Assembly: GCA_031390075.1 (NCBI GenBank)
Contig: JANMTD010000216.1
Location: 1-37,799, forward strand
Length of the DNA: 37,799 nucleotides
Reading direction: 5' to 3'
Source of the DNA: Deltaproteobacteria bacterium
GTDB lineage: Bacteria > Myxococcota_A > UBA9160 > UBA4427
Shown here: in pieces, positions 16,307 through 25,615 of the stretch
How positions within the stretch are numbered: the first letter of the stretch is position 1
How the letters are laid out: every line of letters starts with the position of its first letter
Notes under the pieces: model-generated
What the model was told of the DNA's origin: nothing
What the model saw: only the letters and a program-made list of their open reading frames with translations
Databases searched by the model: none
Program-made: the position numbers and the translations under genes

Positions 16307-17944
16307 CTACAGGGCCTCGTTGGCGGCGATGAAGACGCCTCGGCCGAGGTCGGCGAGGCGCTGGTCCCGGACCTCGTGGAAATGGTCGATCCGGTCGTAA
16401 TCGATCGCCGGTCCTGCCGGCTTCGCGATGCCCATCGGATCCACGTACTGTCCGTTCTTCTTCACCCGGAAGCAGACATGGGGGCCCGTCGACAGACCGG
16501 TGCTGCCGACGAATCCGATGATCTCCTTCTGCTTGATCGTGTCACCCACGTTCAGACTGCGGGCAAAGCTCGAGAGATGCGCGTAATGCGACGTATAGCC
16601 GCCGGAATGACGGATGCGGATGAGATTACCGGAGGCGCCCGCTCGCGCGCGGAACTCGACGACGCCGTCGGCCACCGAGAAGATCGGGGTTCCGTAGGGC
16701 GCCGCGTAGTCGATGCCGGGATGCGGGCGCGTGATGTTCAGGATCGGGTGGCGGCGGGCATTCGTGAAGCGCGAGGAGATCCGGCTGAACTCGAGGGGCG
16801 CCGCGAGGAAGGCGCGCTCGATCGAGCTGCCATCCGGGCGGAAGTAGGCGCCCTCGCCGTCGCTGTTCTCGTAGTAGACGACCGTGTGGTCACCCGATTT
16901 CCCGGTATAACGGCCCGCCAGGATCTTGCCGGGGCGGACATAGACACCCTTGCCGTCGGCACCCTGCGAATACATCCGCTCGTACAGGATCGAGAACTCG
17001 TCTCCGGGATGGACGTGGCGACTGAAATCCATGTCCCAGGCGAGGATCTTCGCGAACTCGGTCGCGAGCGAGCTCTGCTCGCCGAGGGCCATGATCGCGT
17101 CGTAGAAGGAACCGTCCACGACGCCGGCGATCTTCGCGACCTGCGGCTCGAGGACTTCCGTCTGCTTGCTCGCGACGTAGCGCGTGCCCTTCCACGCGAG
17201 CGAGTAGCTCGCCTCGCGACCCTGCGAATACTGGAAGTCGAGAATTCGGCCGCTCGCGTCCTGGGTCAGGCGATAGGTGTCGCCCGCGCGAGAGCGGCGG
17301 AAATCGAACACCTTGCGAAGCTCGGTCGAGATCACGTGGATTGCGGCGGGCGAGACGCCCTGCCGGCGGAGCGAAGAGGCCAGGCTCTCCTGCTTCGCGA
17401 TCTCGCCGCGGGTGACGAGCGAGAGCTCGTCGACCGTGGACGGGCCCTGCAGGACGGCGCGAGACACGCCGAGGATCGGACCCTCGCTGACGACCGGGCG
17501 GTAGACCGGGAGGGCGTCGATCGAGACCGGGGCGTACTGGGCGACCAGCTCGCCGGACTCGAGCGTCACTCCGTCCGGGATTCCGAGATCGAATGCGTGC
17601 TCCGCATGAGCGAAGGCGTCGTCGAGGGCTTCGTCTGCGGCCTGCGGTCCGGCGCCGACGACGCGGCCTCCGAGCTCGTAGCCGACGACGGCACTGACGA
17701 GGACGAGCACGGCCGCGACCACGATGCGGGTCTCGAACGAATGCGAGAGGCCCTGACTAACAGCCTGGGCGCTGGCAGCGAGTACGCTGGCGGCCCGTTC
17801 GAACAGCGAATCCAGGCGCGCTCGGAGCAGCGGCCGGAACGTCGCCCACAGCGCTCGCAGCGCTTGCATTCGCCCGCCGTCGTTCGGGGTGGGGCTCCTC
17901 TGGGAGGAATCGTTCGGGACGGTGTTGTTCGACTCGGTGATCAA
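16307..17944 (-). CDS. M23 family metallopeptidase (murein endopeptidase-like) with an N-terminal membrane anchor
   Basis: HPGIDYAAPYGTPIFSVADGVV...IRIRHSGGYTSHYAHLS...GFVGSTGLSTGPHVCF is the M23/LytM signature. The TM segment is IVVAAVLVLVSAVVGY. The TTG start at 17944 has AGGAG 7-8 nt upstream. Confidence 0.88.
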   Translation of the reverse strand: MITESNNTVPNDSSQRSPTPNDGGRMQALRALWATFRPLLRARLDSLFERAASVLAASAQAVSQGLSHSFETRIVVAAVLVLVSAVVGYELGGRVVGAGPQAADEALDDAFAHAEHAFDLGIPDGVTLESGELVAQYAPVSIDALPVYRPVVSEGPILGVSRAVLQGPSTVDELSLVTRGEIAKQESLASSLRRQGVSPAAIHVISTELRKVFDFRRSRAGDTYRLTQDASGRILDFQYSQGREASYSLAWKGTRYVASKQTEVLEPQVAKIAGVVDGSFYDAIMALGEQSSLATEFAKILAWDMDFSRHVHPGDEFSILYERMYSQGADGKGVYVRPGKILAGRYTGKSGDHTVVYYENSDGEGAYFRPDGSSIERAFLAAPLEFSRISSRFTNARRHPILNITRPHPGIDYAAPYGTPIFSVADGVVEFRARAGASGNLIRIRHSGGYTSHYAHLSSFARSLNVGDTIKQKEIIGFVGSTGLSTGPHVCFRVKKNGQYVDPMGIAKPAGPAIDYDRIDHFHEVRDQRLADLGRGVFIAANEAL

Positions 17945-18070
17945 GACATTCTCCTGGAGGCCCCGAAGCAGTGGCTATGTTTAGCCCGGTGCAAGCGGCT
18001 CTGCATCGTGATTGTCATCACACTAGAATCCCCATTCGATCGGCCTCGCAGACGAGATCCGAGGAGTGTC

Positions 18071-19639
18071 ATGTCAGCACGGTCCGAGACCTGGAATCGA
18101 GCGATCTCAAAAAAGGACGACAGAACCACTCCTGAGTCGTCCCGCTTTCGGGCCGTTGCCAGAACGCGCGTCATCGCTGCTCGCGCGTTGTGCACCGTCT
18201 CGTCGCTCGTTCTTCTCCTTTCCACTGTCATCGCGATCACACCGGCCCAAGCCGCATGGCCCTTCGACGAGCTCTTTCCCCGGCCTTCCGTCAAACAACG
18301 CGCCGCCGAGATCCTGTCCGAGTCGATCCGGATGCAGACGGTCAATCCACCGGGACGCGAGCAGGCACTTGCGTATCGGCTGCGGGAGATCATGGCTAGA
18401 GAGGGGATCGAGAGCGATGTCATTTCGACGCCAAATCCCAACGGTGGAAAACCCCGAGCGGCGGTCTGGGGCCGATTGCGCGGCCGCGGGAATCGCCCGG
18501 GCCTGATCCTGCTCTCGCATCTCGACACCGTGCCCGCGAATCCCTCCGAATGGAGCGTGCCGCCCTTCTCGGGCCGCATCGAGGATGGCTATGTCTGGGG
18601 AAGAGGTGCCCTCGACGCCAAGGGGGTCGCCGTGACCCACCTGATGACACTGCTGGAGCTGGCGAGTTCCGACCAACGTCTCGATCGGGATCTGCTTTTT
18701 ATAGCCACACCAGACGAGGAGACCGGGGGCAGGAACGGGGCGGGTTGGCTCGTCGCGAATCATCCGGAGCTGCTCGAGGGCATCGGTTATCTGCTGACCG
18801 AAGGCGGTGGCATCCAGCTCCCGGCCAGCGACGAGACTCCGCATGCGCCCGTCTGGGGCGTCGCCCTCTCGGAAAAATCGCCGTGCTGGCTCGAGCTCCG
18901 CGCCCACGGCCGCGGTGGGCATAGCTCTGCACCGACGCGCGACGACGCGGTGCCCCGCCTGATCGCGGCGCTCGACAAGATCCGGCGCGCGGAGTCGCCT
19001 GTGCGCGTGCTCGCGGAGGTCGAGAAGATGTTCAACGCCCTCGCACCGCTCGCGCCGGAATGGGACCGCGCCTCCTACCAGAATCTCGCGGGCGCACTCG
19101 AGCGCGACGAGGGCTTTCGCAGCCGCTTCCTCGACAATCCCGGCCAGAACGCCCTCGTCCGCAACACGATCTCGATCACGCTGCTCGAGGGCGGACCCGC
19201 CACCAACGTCGCCCCGTCGGTCGCCCGGGCGCAGCTCGACGCGCGGCTCCTGCCCGGGCGGACCTGCGCCGACTTCACCGCCGCGATCGCGGCGTTGATC
19301 GACGACAGCACGATCGAGATCGAGGAGGTGCTGAGCTTCCCGTCACGCGCCTCGTCCGCCGACACACCGCTCCTGCGCGCGATCGAAGCGGTTGCAGGGC
19401 GCCAGGATCCGGCGGGCCTCGTGGTGCCGCGCCTGATCGGCGGCTTCACGGACGCCCACTGGTTTCGCGAGTCCGGGATCGTGGCCTACGGCTTCGTCCC
19501 GCGCGCGCTCACGAACGACGAGGTGAGCGGTGTCCACGGCGTCGACGAGCGCATCGCGATCGACGTGCTCGCGAAGGGCATCGCGCTCCAGATCGAGCTC
19601 GTGCGCGCCTTCGACGCGATCGAGGCCGCTCCCAAATAG
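18071..19639 (+). CDS. M20 family metallopeptidase (dipeptidase/carboxypeptidase-like), signal-anchored
   Basis: LLSHLDTVP, GRGALDAKG, ATPDEETGG and LTEGGG are M20 metal-binding motifs. GAGGAG lies 5 nt upstream of ATG 18071. The 5' two-thirds of the 1241-aa track ORF is antisense artefact. Confidence 0.88.
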   Translation: MSARSETWNRAISKKDDRTTPESSRFRAVARTRVIAARALCTVSSLVLLLSTVIAITPAQAAWPFDELFPRPSVKQRAAEILSESIRMQTVNPPGREQALAYRLREIMAREGIESDVISTPNPNGGKPRAAVWGRLRGRGNRPGLILLSHLDTVPANPSEWSVPPFSGRIEDGYVWGRGALDAKGVAVTHLMTLLELASSDQRLDRDLLFIATPDEETGGRNGAGWLVANHPELLEGIGYLLTEGGGIQLPASDETPHAPVWGVALSEKSPCWLELRAHGRGGHSSAPTRDDAVPRLIAALDKIRRAESPVRVLAEVEKMFNALAPLAPEWDRASYQNLAGALERDEGFRSRFLDNPGQNALVRNTISITLLEGGPATNVAPSVARAQLDARLLPGRTCADFTAAIAALIDDSTIEIEEVLSFPSRASSADTPLLRAIEAVAGRQDPAGLVVPRLIGGFTDAHWFRESGIVAYGFVPRALTNDEVSGVHGVDERIAIDVLAKGIALQIELVRAFDAIEAAPK

Positions 19640-19642
19640 GAG

Positions 19643-19726
19643 GGAGCCTTCAGCCCATTAAGGAGTCTTCAGCCCATAAGGAGTCTTCAGCCGATAAGGA
19701 GCCTTCAGCCCATAAAGAGTCTCAGC
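19643..19726. repeat. 18-bp direct tandem repeat, about 4.6 copies (AGGAGYCTTCAGCCSATA), between two convergent genes
   Basis: Read directly: ggagccttcagcccatta, aggagtcttcagcccata, aggagtcttcagccgata, aggagccttcagcccata and a partial aagagtctcagc. Confidence 0.9.
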
Positions 19727-21077
19727 GCAGCTCCTGGATCGCCTTGTGGAGCGCCTCGAAGAGGGGCTCGATCTGGTCGACCTCGAGGCACGAGAACGCG
19801 ACGCGGATGTCGCTCGCGCTCGTCGCGATGAGGCCCACGCCGTACTCGTCGAGCAGGTGGACGCGCAGCTTCTCGGCGTCGACGCCCTTCACCTCGACCA
19901 GCATGAAATAGCCGCTGTTGAAGGGATAGACGGCAAAGCTCTCGGCGAACCGGGGATGGCCCGCGACCTGGTAGACACGCTCCGCACGCTGGCGGAGCAC
20001 TTCGCATTTCGCCGCTCGTTCCGCGTCGATGCCCGGCGCCGCCAGTGCCCGTTCGACGATCGACTGCGACAGCTGGGGCACGTTCGAGATCCCGCCGCGG
20101 ATGGCGCCCCGCGCCTTCGCGTCGAGGACCTCGCACACCACGTCCGCGGTCTCCGGCCGGCCGGGGCCGAAGGTGATGAAGCCGCAGCGCAGTCCCCAGA
20201 CGAAGAGCTCCTTGGTCGCACCGTCGAGCTTGACGGCGAGCAGATTCGGATGGCGACCGGTCAGCTTGCCGAAGAGCGACTCCGTCATCGACGGACTGCC
20301 GAGGTGATAGAAGAGGCCGAAGTAGGCGTCGTCGCAGAACACGACGAGCTTCGTTCCCCGCTTCGCCTGCGCCAGCAGCGCGCTGGCGAGCGCCTCGCCC
20401 TCCGCCGGGGTCGGCATGTAGCCGGTCGGATTGTTCGGGAAGTTGAGCAGCACGAGGAGCTTCTCGCGCCCTTCGGCGAGTTCGCGCAGCCGTGCAGCGA
20501 ACCCCTCCGTGTCGATCCCGTTGTTCGCACCGAGACCCTTGCCCTTGTAGAAGGGGAAGGTCTCGATCGTGGCGCCGTGGTGGACCTCGAAGGTCAGCTT
20601 GTAGTTGCCCCAGAGCTTGTCGGGCATGAGCATGACGTCGCCGGGCTCGATGAAGAGCTCGCCCGCGACCGACAGGCCGTGGGTGATCGCGTTGGTCACG
20701 ATGGGCTCGCCGAACTGGCGGTCCGCGAGGCTCGGATTCTCGAGCAGGAGCTTCTCCCGCCACGCCTTGCGAAGTCCCGGCCGGCCGGCCGGCGGGGCGT
20801 AGGTCAGGGCATCGGCCGGCGCAATCCCGCCCAGCTGCGCCGCCACCGAAGGCAGCGCCATCGGCCCCTTGCCCTCGGTCGCGATCCCGATCGTCGCGTT
20901 GAAGCGGTGGGCCTTCTGCTTGGCCTCGGCGGACTGCGAGATGATGCCCTTCGGAAAATAGAGCCGGCGGCCGTAGGCCGAGAGCATCGCGAGGATCTCG
21001 GGCGCTGCCTTCTCGAGCTGGTCGTTCAGGGCCTGCGCGATCGGGGTCGGTTTCTGTTGCGGCGCTCGTTGGGACAT
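19722..21077 (-). CDS. PLP-dependent aminotransferase, class I/II fold
   Basis: LNFPNNPTGY, FCDDAYFGLFY and GATKELFVWGLRCGF (putative PLP lysine) support the call. ATG 21075-21077 begins MSQRAPQQ. The upstream extension to 21305 is Arg/Pro-rich and implausible. Confidence 0.85.
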   Translation of the reverse strand: MSQRAPQQKPTPIAQALNDQLEKAAPEILAMLSAYGRRLYFPKGIISQSAEAKQKAHRFNATIGIATEGKGPMALPSVAAQLGGIAPADALTYAPPAGRPGLRKAWREKLLLENPSLADRQFGEPIVTNAITHGLSVAGELFIEPGDVMLMPDKLWGNYKLTFEVHHGATIETFPFYKGKGLGANNGIDTEGFAARLRELAEGREKLLVLLNFPNNPTGYMPTPAEGEALASALLAQAKRGTKLVVFCDDAYFGLFYHLGSPSMTESLFGKLTGRHPNLLAVKLDGATKELFVWGLRCGFITFGPGRPETADVVCEVLDAKARGAIRGGISNVPQLSQSIVERALAAPGIDAERAAKCEVLRQRAERVYQVAGHPRFAESFAVYPFNSGYFMLVEVKGVDAEKLRVHLLDEYGVGLIATSASDIRVAFSCLEVDQIEPLFEALHKAIQELR

Positions 21078-21130
21078 GACTTGCGGCCTCTTTTGATGGC
21101 GGGCGCGGGGCGATGGGACGGCGCGGAAAA

Positions 21131-21637
21131 CTACAGGCGCTTGTGGAGCACGTCCATCAGGTGGCCGTAGCCGAGTGAGCGCCAGAAAGCCTGGCCCTCG
21201 CGATTGCCGGCGGCGACCTGGATCTCGATCCGGGCGACGCCGCGCTTGCGGACCCAGACCTCCGCCTCCTCGACCAGCAGGCGGCCGACCCCCCGCCTCC
21301 GCCACGCCGGACGCACGCCGACGTCGGTGATCTCGGCCCGTTCTGTCTCCTCGAGAATCGGCGGGGCCCGATCGATTCGAACGATGCAGAGACCTTCGGG
21401 CGTGCCCGCCTGGTCGAAGACGAAGATCTCCACGTCGGGATCACGCCGGAGCGCCCGCAACAGCTCGCGGAGCTCGCCCTCCGCCACGATGCCGCTTCGC
21501 ATCCGGAAGAGCGGGTCGAGGCCGGCGTGGTGCTCCGTGATCAGGCCCCACAACGCCGCGACCCGATCGATCTCCTGAGGCCGCGCGGGGCGCACCCGAC
21601 CCGCATCCGATCGCGCGTCCTGGCCCTCCCGCGACAT
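21131..21637 (-). CDS. GNAT family N-acetyltransferase
   Basis: ITDVGVRPAWRRRGVGRLLVEEAEVWVRKRG is the acetyl-CoA-binding R/Q-x-x-G-x-G/A motif. A GGAGG SD precedes ATG 21637. The protein is 168 aa. Confidence 0.85.
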   Translation of the reverse strand: MSREGQDARSDAGRVRPARPQEIDRVAALWGLITEHHAGLDPLFRMRSGIVAEGELRELLRALRRDPDVEIFVFDQAGTPEGLCIVRIDRAPPILEETERAEITDVGVRPAWRRRGVGRLLVEEAEVWVRKRGVARIEIQVAAGNREGQAFWRSLGYGHLMDVLHKRL

Positions 21638-21865
21638 CGAGCTTCCTCCCCGCGACCGACTCCGACTCGGGGTAGCGCATCCGCCCCCTTTCCCGCGAGC
21701 ACGAGAACGCGATCGGATCCGCGAGCTTGGGTCAGGACCTGCGCAGGGACGCCCGTGCGGCCAAAAGGTCCTTCGCGCGACGCGTGGCTCAGGAGCGCGG
21801 GAACGCGTTAGTGTGACTTGAATCCCGGCCATTTCGACCCTGCTGTGCTGTCCACGTTGGTCCCC

Positions 21866-23887
21866 ATGTCGAAGCTCTGGATCGTTCATCGAAGTCCACA
21901 GGTTCGCGCCGCCCTGCTCCGCGCGACCGGTCTCACCGCCGCGGAGATCGCGAGCGGCGCTCCGACTTCCGTGGATTTCTCCTCGGCGGCCGTGCCGGCG
22001 GCGATCGTCCTCGCGCTCGCCAGCGATTGCGAGCCCGAGCTCGAGTTCGCGCTCCGCGTCGGGCCGCGGGTGCGCGCTGCGCGCTGGATCCTGCTCTGCC
22101 CGGCGAGCGCGAGGGAAGCGGTCCGTCGGATCTTCCGCGCCTACGACCCCGCGCTGCTCGATTATCCGCCGAATCCGCGCGTGCTGCGCGCCGAGATCTC
22201 GGCCGCCCTCGCGGGCCGGACGACCCCGAGCCTGGCGCAGCGGCGCGTCGACGCCCGGACGGCGGATCGGTTCGCCGCCTGGTTCGGCGCCGCCTTCGTG
22301 CCCGGCCTCGAGCAGGCGCTCGACCCCGCCCTCGAAGCACTTCCGCTCCTCGTGCGGGGCCGGCCCGGGAGCGGTCGATCGCTGTTAGGTCTGCACGCCG
22401 AGAGCACGCGCGGCGGCGCGGCGCCGGTGCTGCGAATCGACGCCCGTGATCTGGCCGATCTGGACACCCTCGCGACGCGCCTCGGCAGCGCCCGGGATCA
22501 CGCCGGTGCCCCCATTCGAACGCTCTGGCTCGACGAGATCGACGCGCTCTCCTTCACGGCGCAGCGCGCCCTCGCCGAATGGATCCGCCACGAGTCGCCC
22601 CCTGGCCGGGACGCCTCCGGCGCCGGCTCGGCAGCGCTTCGCTGGATCGCGACCGCGGGCCCCAGCGGTCTAGAAGATCGCCTGGAAACAGTCCTCGCCC
22701 AGGCTTTCGCGCCGCTCGTCGTGAGCGTTCCCCCGCTCGATCCGCGAAGTGGCGAGCTCGCGCGCATGGCCGAGTACGCAGCGCGCGAGTGGGCCCGGCA
22801 GATCGGCGGCGCGGCGAAAGTCTTCGCGCCGAGCGCCCTCGAGGCCCTCGCCGAGGAGCCCTGGTGGGGCGACCGCACGGAGCTCGAAGCCGTCCTGCGC
22901 TCGACGCTCGCGAGCGCGCGACGCCACTCGATCGAAGCCGCGGACCTGCGTTTCCCCGGCGAGCCCGCCGCCGCGATCGCGTCCGCTGGCCCGCCCCCGG
23001 CGCCCGACGAGCCCGGGGCCTTCCGCCGGCCCGCTTCGTTCGGCACGCTCCCGACCGATCCCAGCCTCGACCCGAGCGCCGAGCTCGCCGCTCTCTCCGA
23101 GCGCTGGATCGCCGAGCAGCCGGGCGCAACGAGCGTCCCGCCTTTCCAGCGACCGCAGACCCAGCGACCGCAGAGCCCGCGCCCAGAAGCCGCGGCGCCG
23201 AGCGCCGACCCGTCCTGGCGAAAGCTCGCCCGCAGCCTCTCCCACGAGATCCGCAACCCGCTGGTCTCGATCCGGACCTTCACCGAGCTCCTCCCCGAGC
23301 ACTACGCCGACGAGACCTTCCGCGCCCGATTCAAGGAGCTCGTCGGCAAGGACGTGGCCCATATCCAGGGCGTCGTCGCACGCCTCTCGAAGGTGGCCGA
23401 GCGCGAGCGGCTGATCTCGGAGCCCGTCGACGTCTCGGCGCTGATCGATCGGCTTCTCAGCCAGCGGCGCGAGCGGATCGCCCGGAATCGCCTCGTCGTC
23501 CTCACCGAGCTCGAGCGCGACGAGCCGAAAGCCCTGGCCGACGCCGAGGCCCTCGAGACCGCGCTCTCGGGGCTCGTCGACCGCGCCCTCGATTCGCTGC
23601 CCGAACGCGGCGATCTCTTCATCGCGAGCCACCGGCTCGCGAGCAGCGGCGACGGCCGGCCGCGGCTGCGCGTACTGCTGCGCCACCGCGATCCCCAGGC
23701 CGAGGGGATGGGCGGCGAGCTCGATCCGGTCAATCACATCCTCGAGTACGTGCTGGCCGAGACGATCGTCGCGGCGCTCGGCGGTCGCCTCACGATCGAT
23801 CCGACCCAGGGCCCGGAGACGTTGATCGTGATCGACCTTCCTACTCCGGAGCCTATTCCGCCCGAGCCCTCGCCCGGGGCACCGTGA
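21866..23887 (+). CDS. Atypical histidine-kinase-like protein: pseudo-receiver + degenerate sigma-54-activator-type AAA+ module + HisKA + degenerate HATPase
   Basis: The N-terminus has receiver-like spacing without acidic-pocket residues (KLWIVHRSP, AIVLALASD, WILLCPA). LLVRGRPGSGRSLL stands where GESGTGKE would be. LWLDEIDAL is Walker-B-like. There is no GAFTGA. A Pro-rich linker follows. The H-box is SLSHEIRNPLVSIRTF. The C-terminal region has GLVDRAL in place of an N-box and no clear G1/G2 boxes. Confidence 0.75.
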   Translation: MSKLWIVHRSPQVRAALLRATGLTAAEIASGAPTSVDFSSAAVPAAIVLALASDCEPELEFALRVGPRVRAARWILLCPASAREAVRRIFRAYDPALLDYPPNPRVLRAEISAALAGRTTPSLAQRRVDARTADRFAAWFGAAFVPGLEQALDPALEALPLLVRGRPGSGRSLLGLHAESTRGGAAPVLRIDARDLADLDTLATRLGSARDHAGAPIRTLWLDEIDALSFTAQRALAEWIRHESPPGRDASGAGSAALRWIATAGPSGLEDRLETVLAQAFAPLVVSVPPLDPRSGELARMAEYAAREWARQIGGAAKVFAPSALEALAEEPWWGDRTELEAVLRSTLASARRHSIEAADLRFPGEPAAAIASAGPPPAPDEPGAFRRPASFGTLPTDPSLDPSAELAALSERWIAEQPGATSVPPFQRPQTQRPQSPRPEAAAPSADPSWRKLARSLSHEIRNPLVSIRTFTELLPEHYADETFRARFKELVGKDVAHIQGVVARLSKVAERERLISEPVDVSALIDRLLSQRRERIARNRLVVLTELERDEPKALADAEALETALSGLVDRALDSLPERGDLFIASHRLASSGDGRPRLRVLLRHRDPQAEGMGGELDPVNHILEYVLAETIVAALGGRLTIDPTQGPETLIVIDLPTPEPIPPEPSPGAP

Positions 23888-23899
23888 TAAGCTCGCGCG

Positions 23900-25336
<1,437 letters not shown>

Positions 25337-25358
25337 GAGCCTGTGAGCCGTTCGCTCG

Positions 25359-25384
25359 CGTACGCCCACCGGGGCCGGCGTACG
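25359..25384. promoter_or_regulatory. Perfect 8-bp inverted repeat CGTACGCC-N10-GGCGTACG (candidate activator-binding dyad or RNA hairpin)
   Basis: Read directly. It lies 23 nt after the NtrC-like stop and about 205 bp upstream of the -24/-12 element. No T-run follows it. Confidence 0.3.
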
Positions 25385-25586
25385 GATGGGAACGACAGAA
25401 ATTTCCCTTTCGTGACGGCGGCTTGGGGTCTTCGAGGCCGCTCGTGAGTCAACGGGAAGTCCGCTCGGTCGCGGTCTCCCACAACTCTCGGGAGCGCGTT
25501 CGCATTCTGGCCGGATGCCGACTTTCCGTTTTGATATCGGATACTTACGAGACTCTGGCCGGGCGATTCCCGGTCCGGGTCCGACT

Positions 25587-25602
25587 CGGCACAGCCCTTG
25601 CT
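25587..25602 (+). promoter_or_regulatory. Candidate sigma-54 (-24/-12) promoter cGGCACagcccTTGCt
   Basis: GG at 25588-25589 and GC at 25600-25601 are separated by exactly 10 nt. GGCAC-N5-TTGC matches the consensus TGGCAC-N5-TTGCW at all core positions. It sits directly downstream of a sigma-54 activator gene and upstream of the next CDS. Confidence 0.55.
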
Positions 25603-25615
25603 GTACTCGGGCCCC

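Noticed and set aside
17985-18025. GTGAT-tgtc-ATCAC and a TAGAAT-like hexamer in the divergent M23/M20 promoter region
   Set aside because: It is only a 5-bp inverted repeat, and the -35/-10 spacing does not fit a sigma-70 promoter. That is insufficient for a call.
15914-18070. The 5' 719 codons of the 1241-aa + strand ORF
   Set aside because: This part is antisense to the YjjX-like and M23 peptidase genes. Recognisable M20 peptidase sequence, a GAGGAG SD and a signal anchor begin only at ATG 18071.
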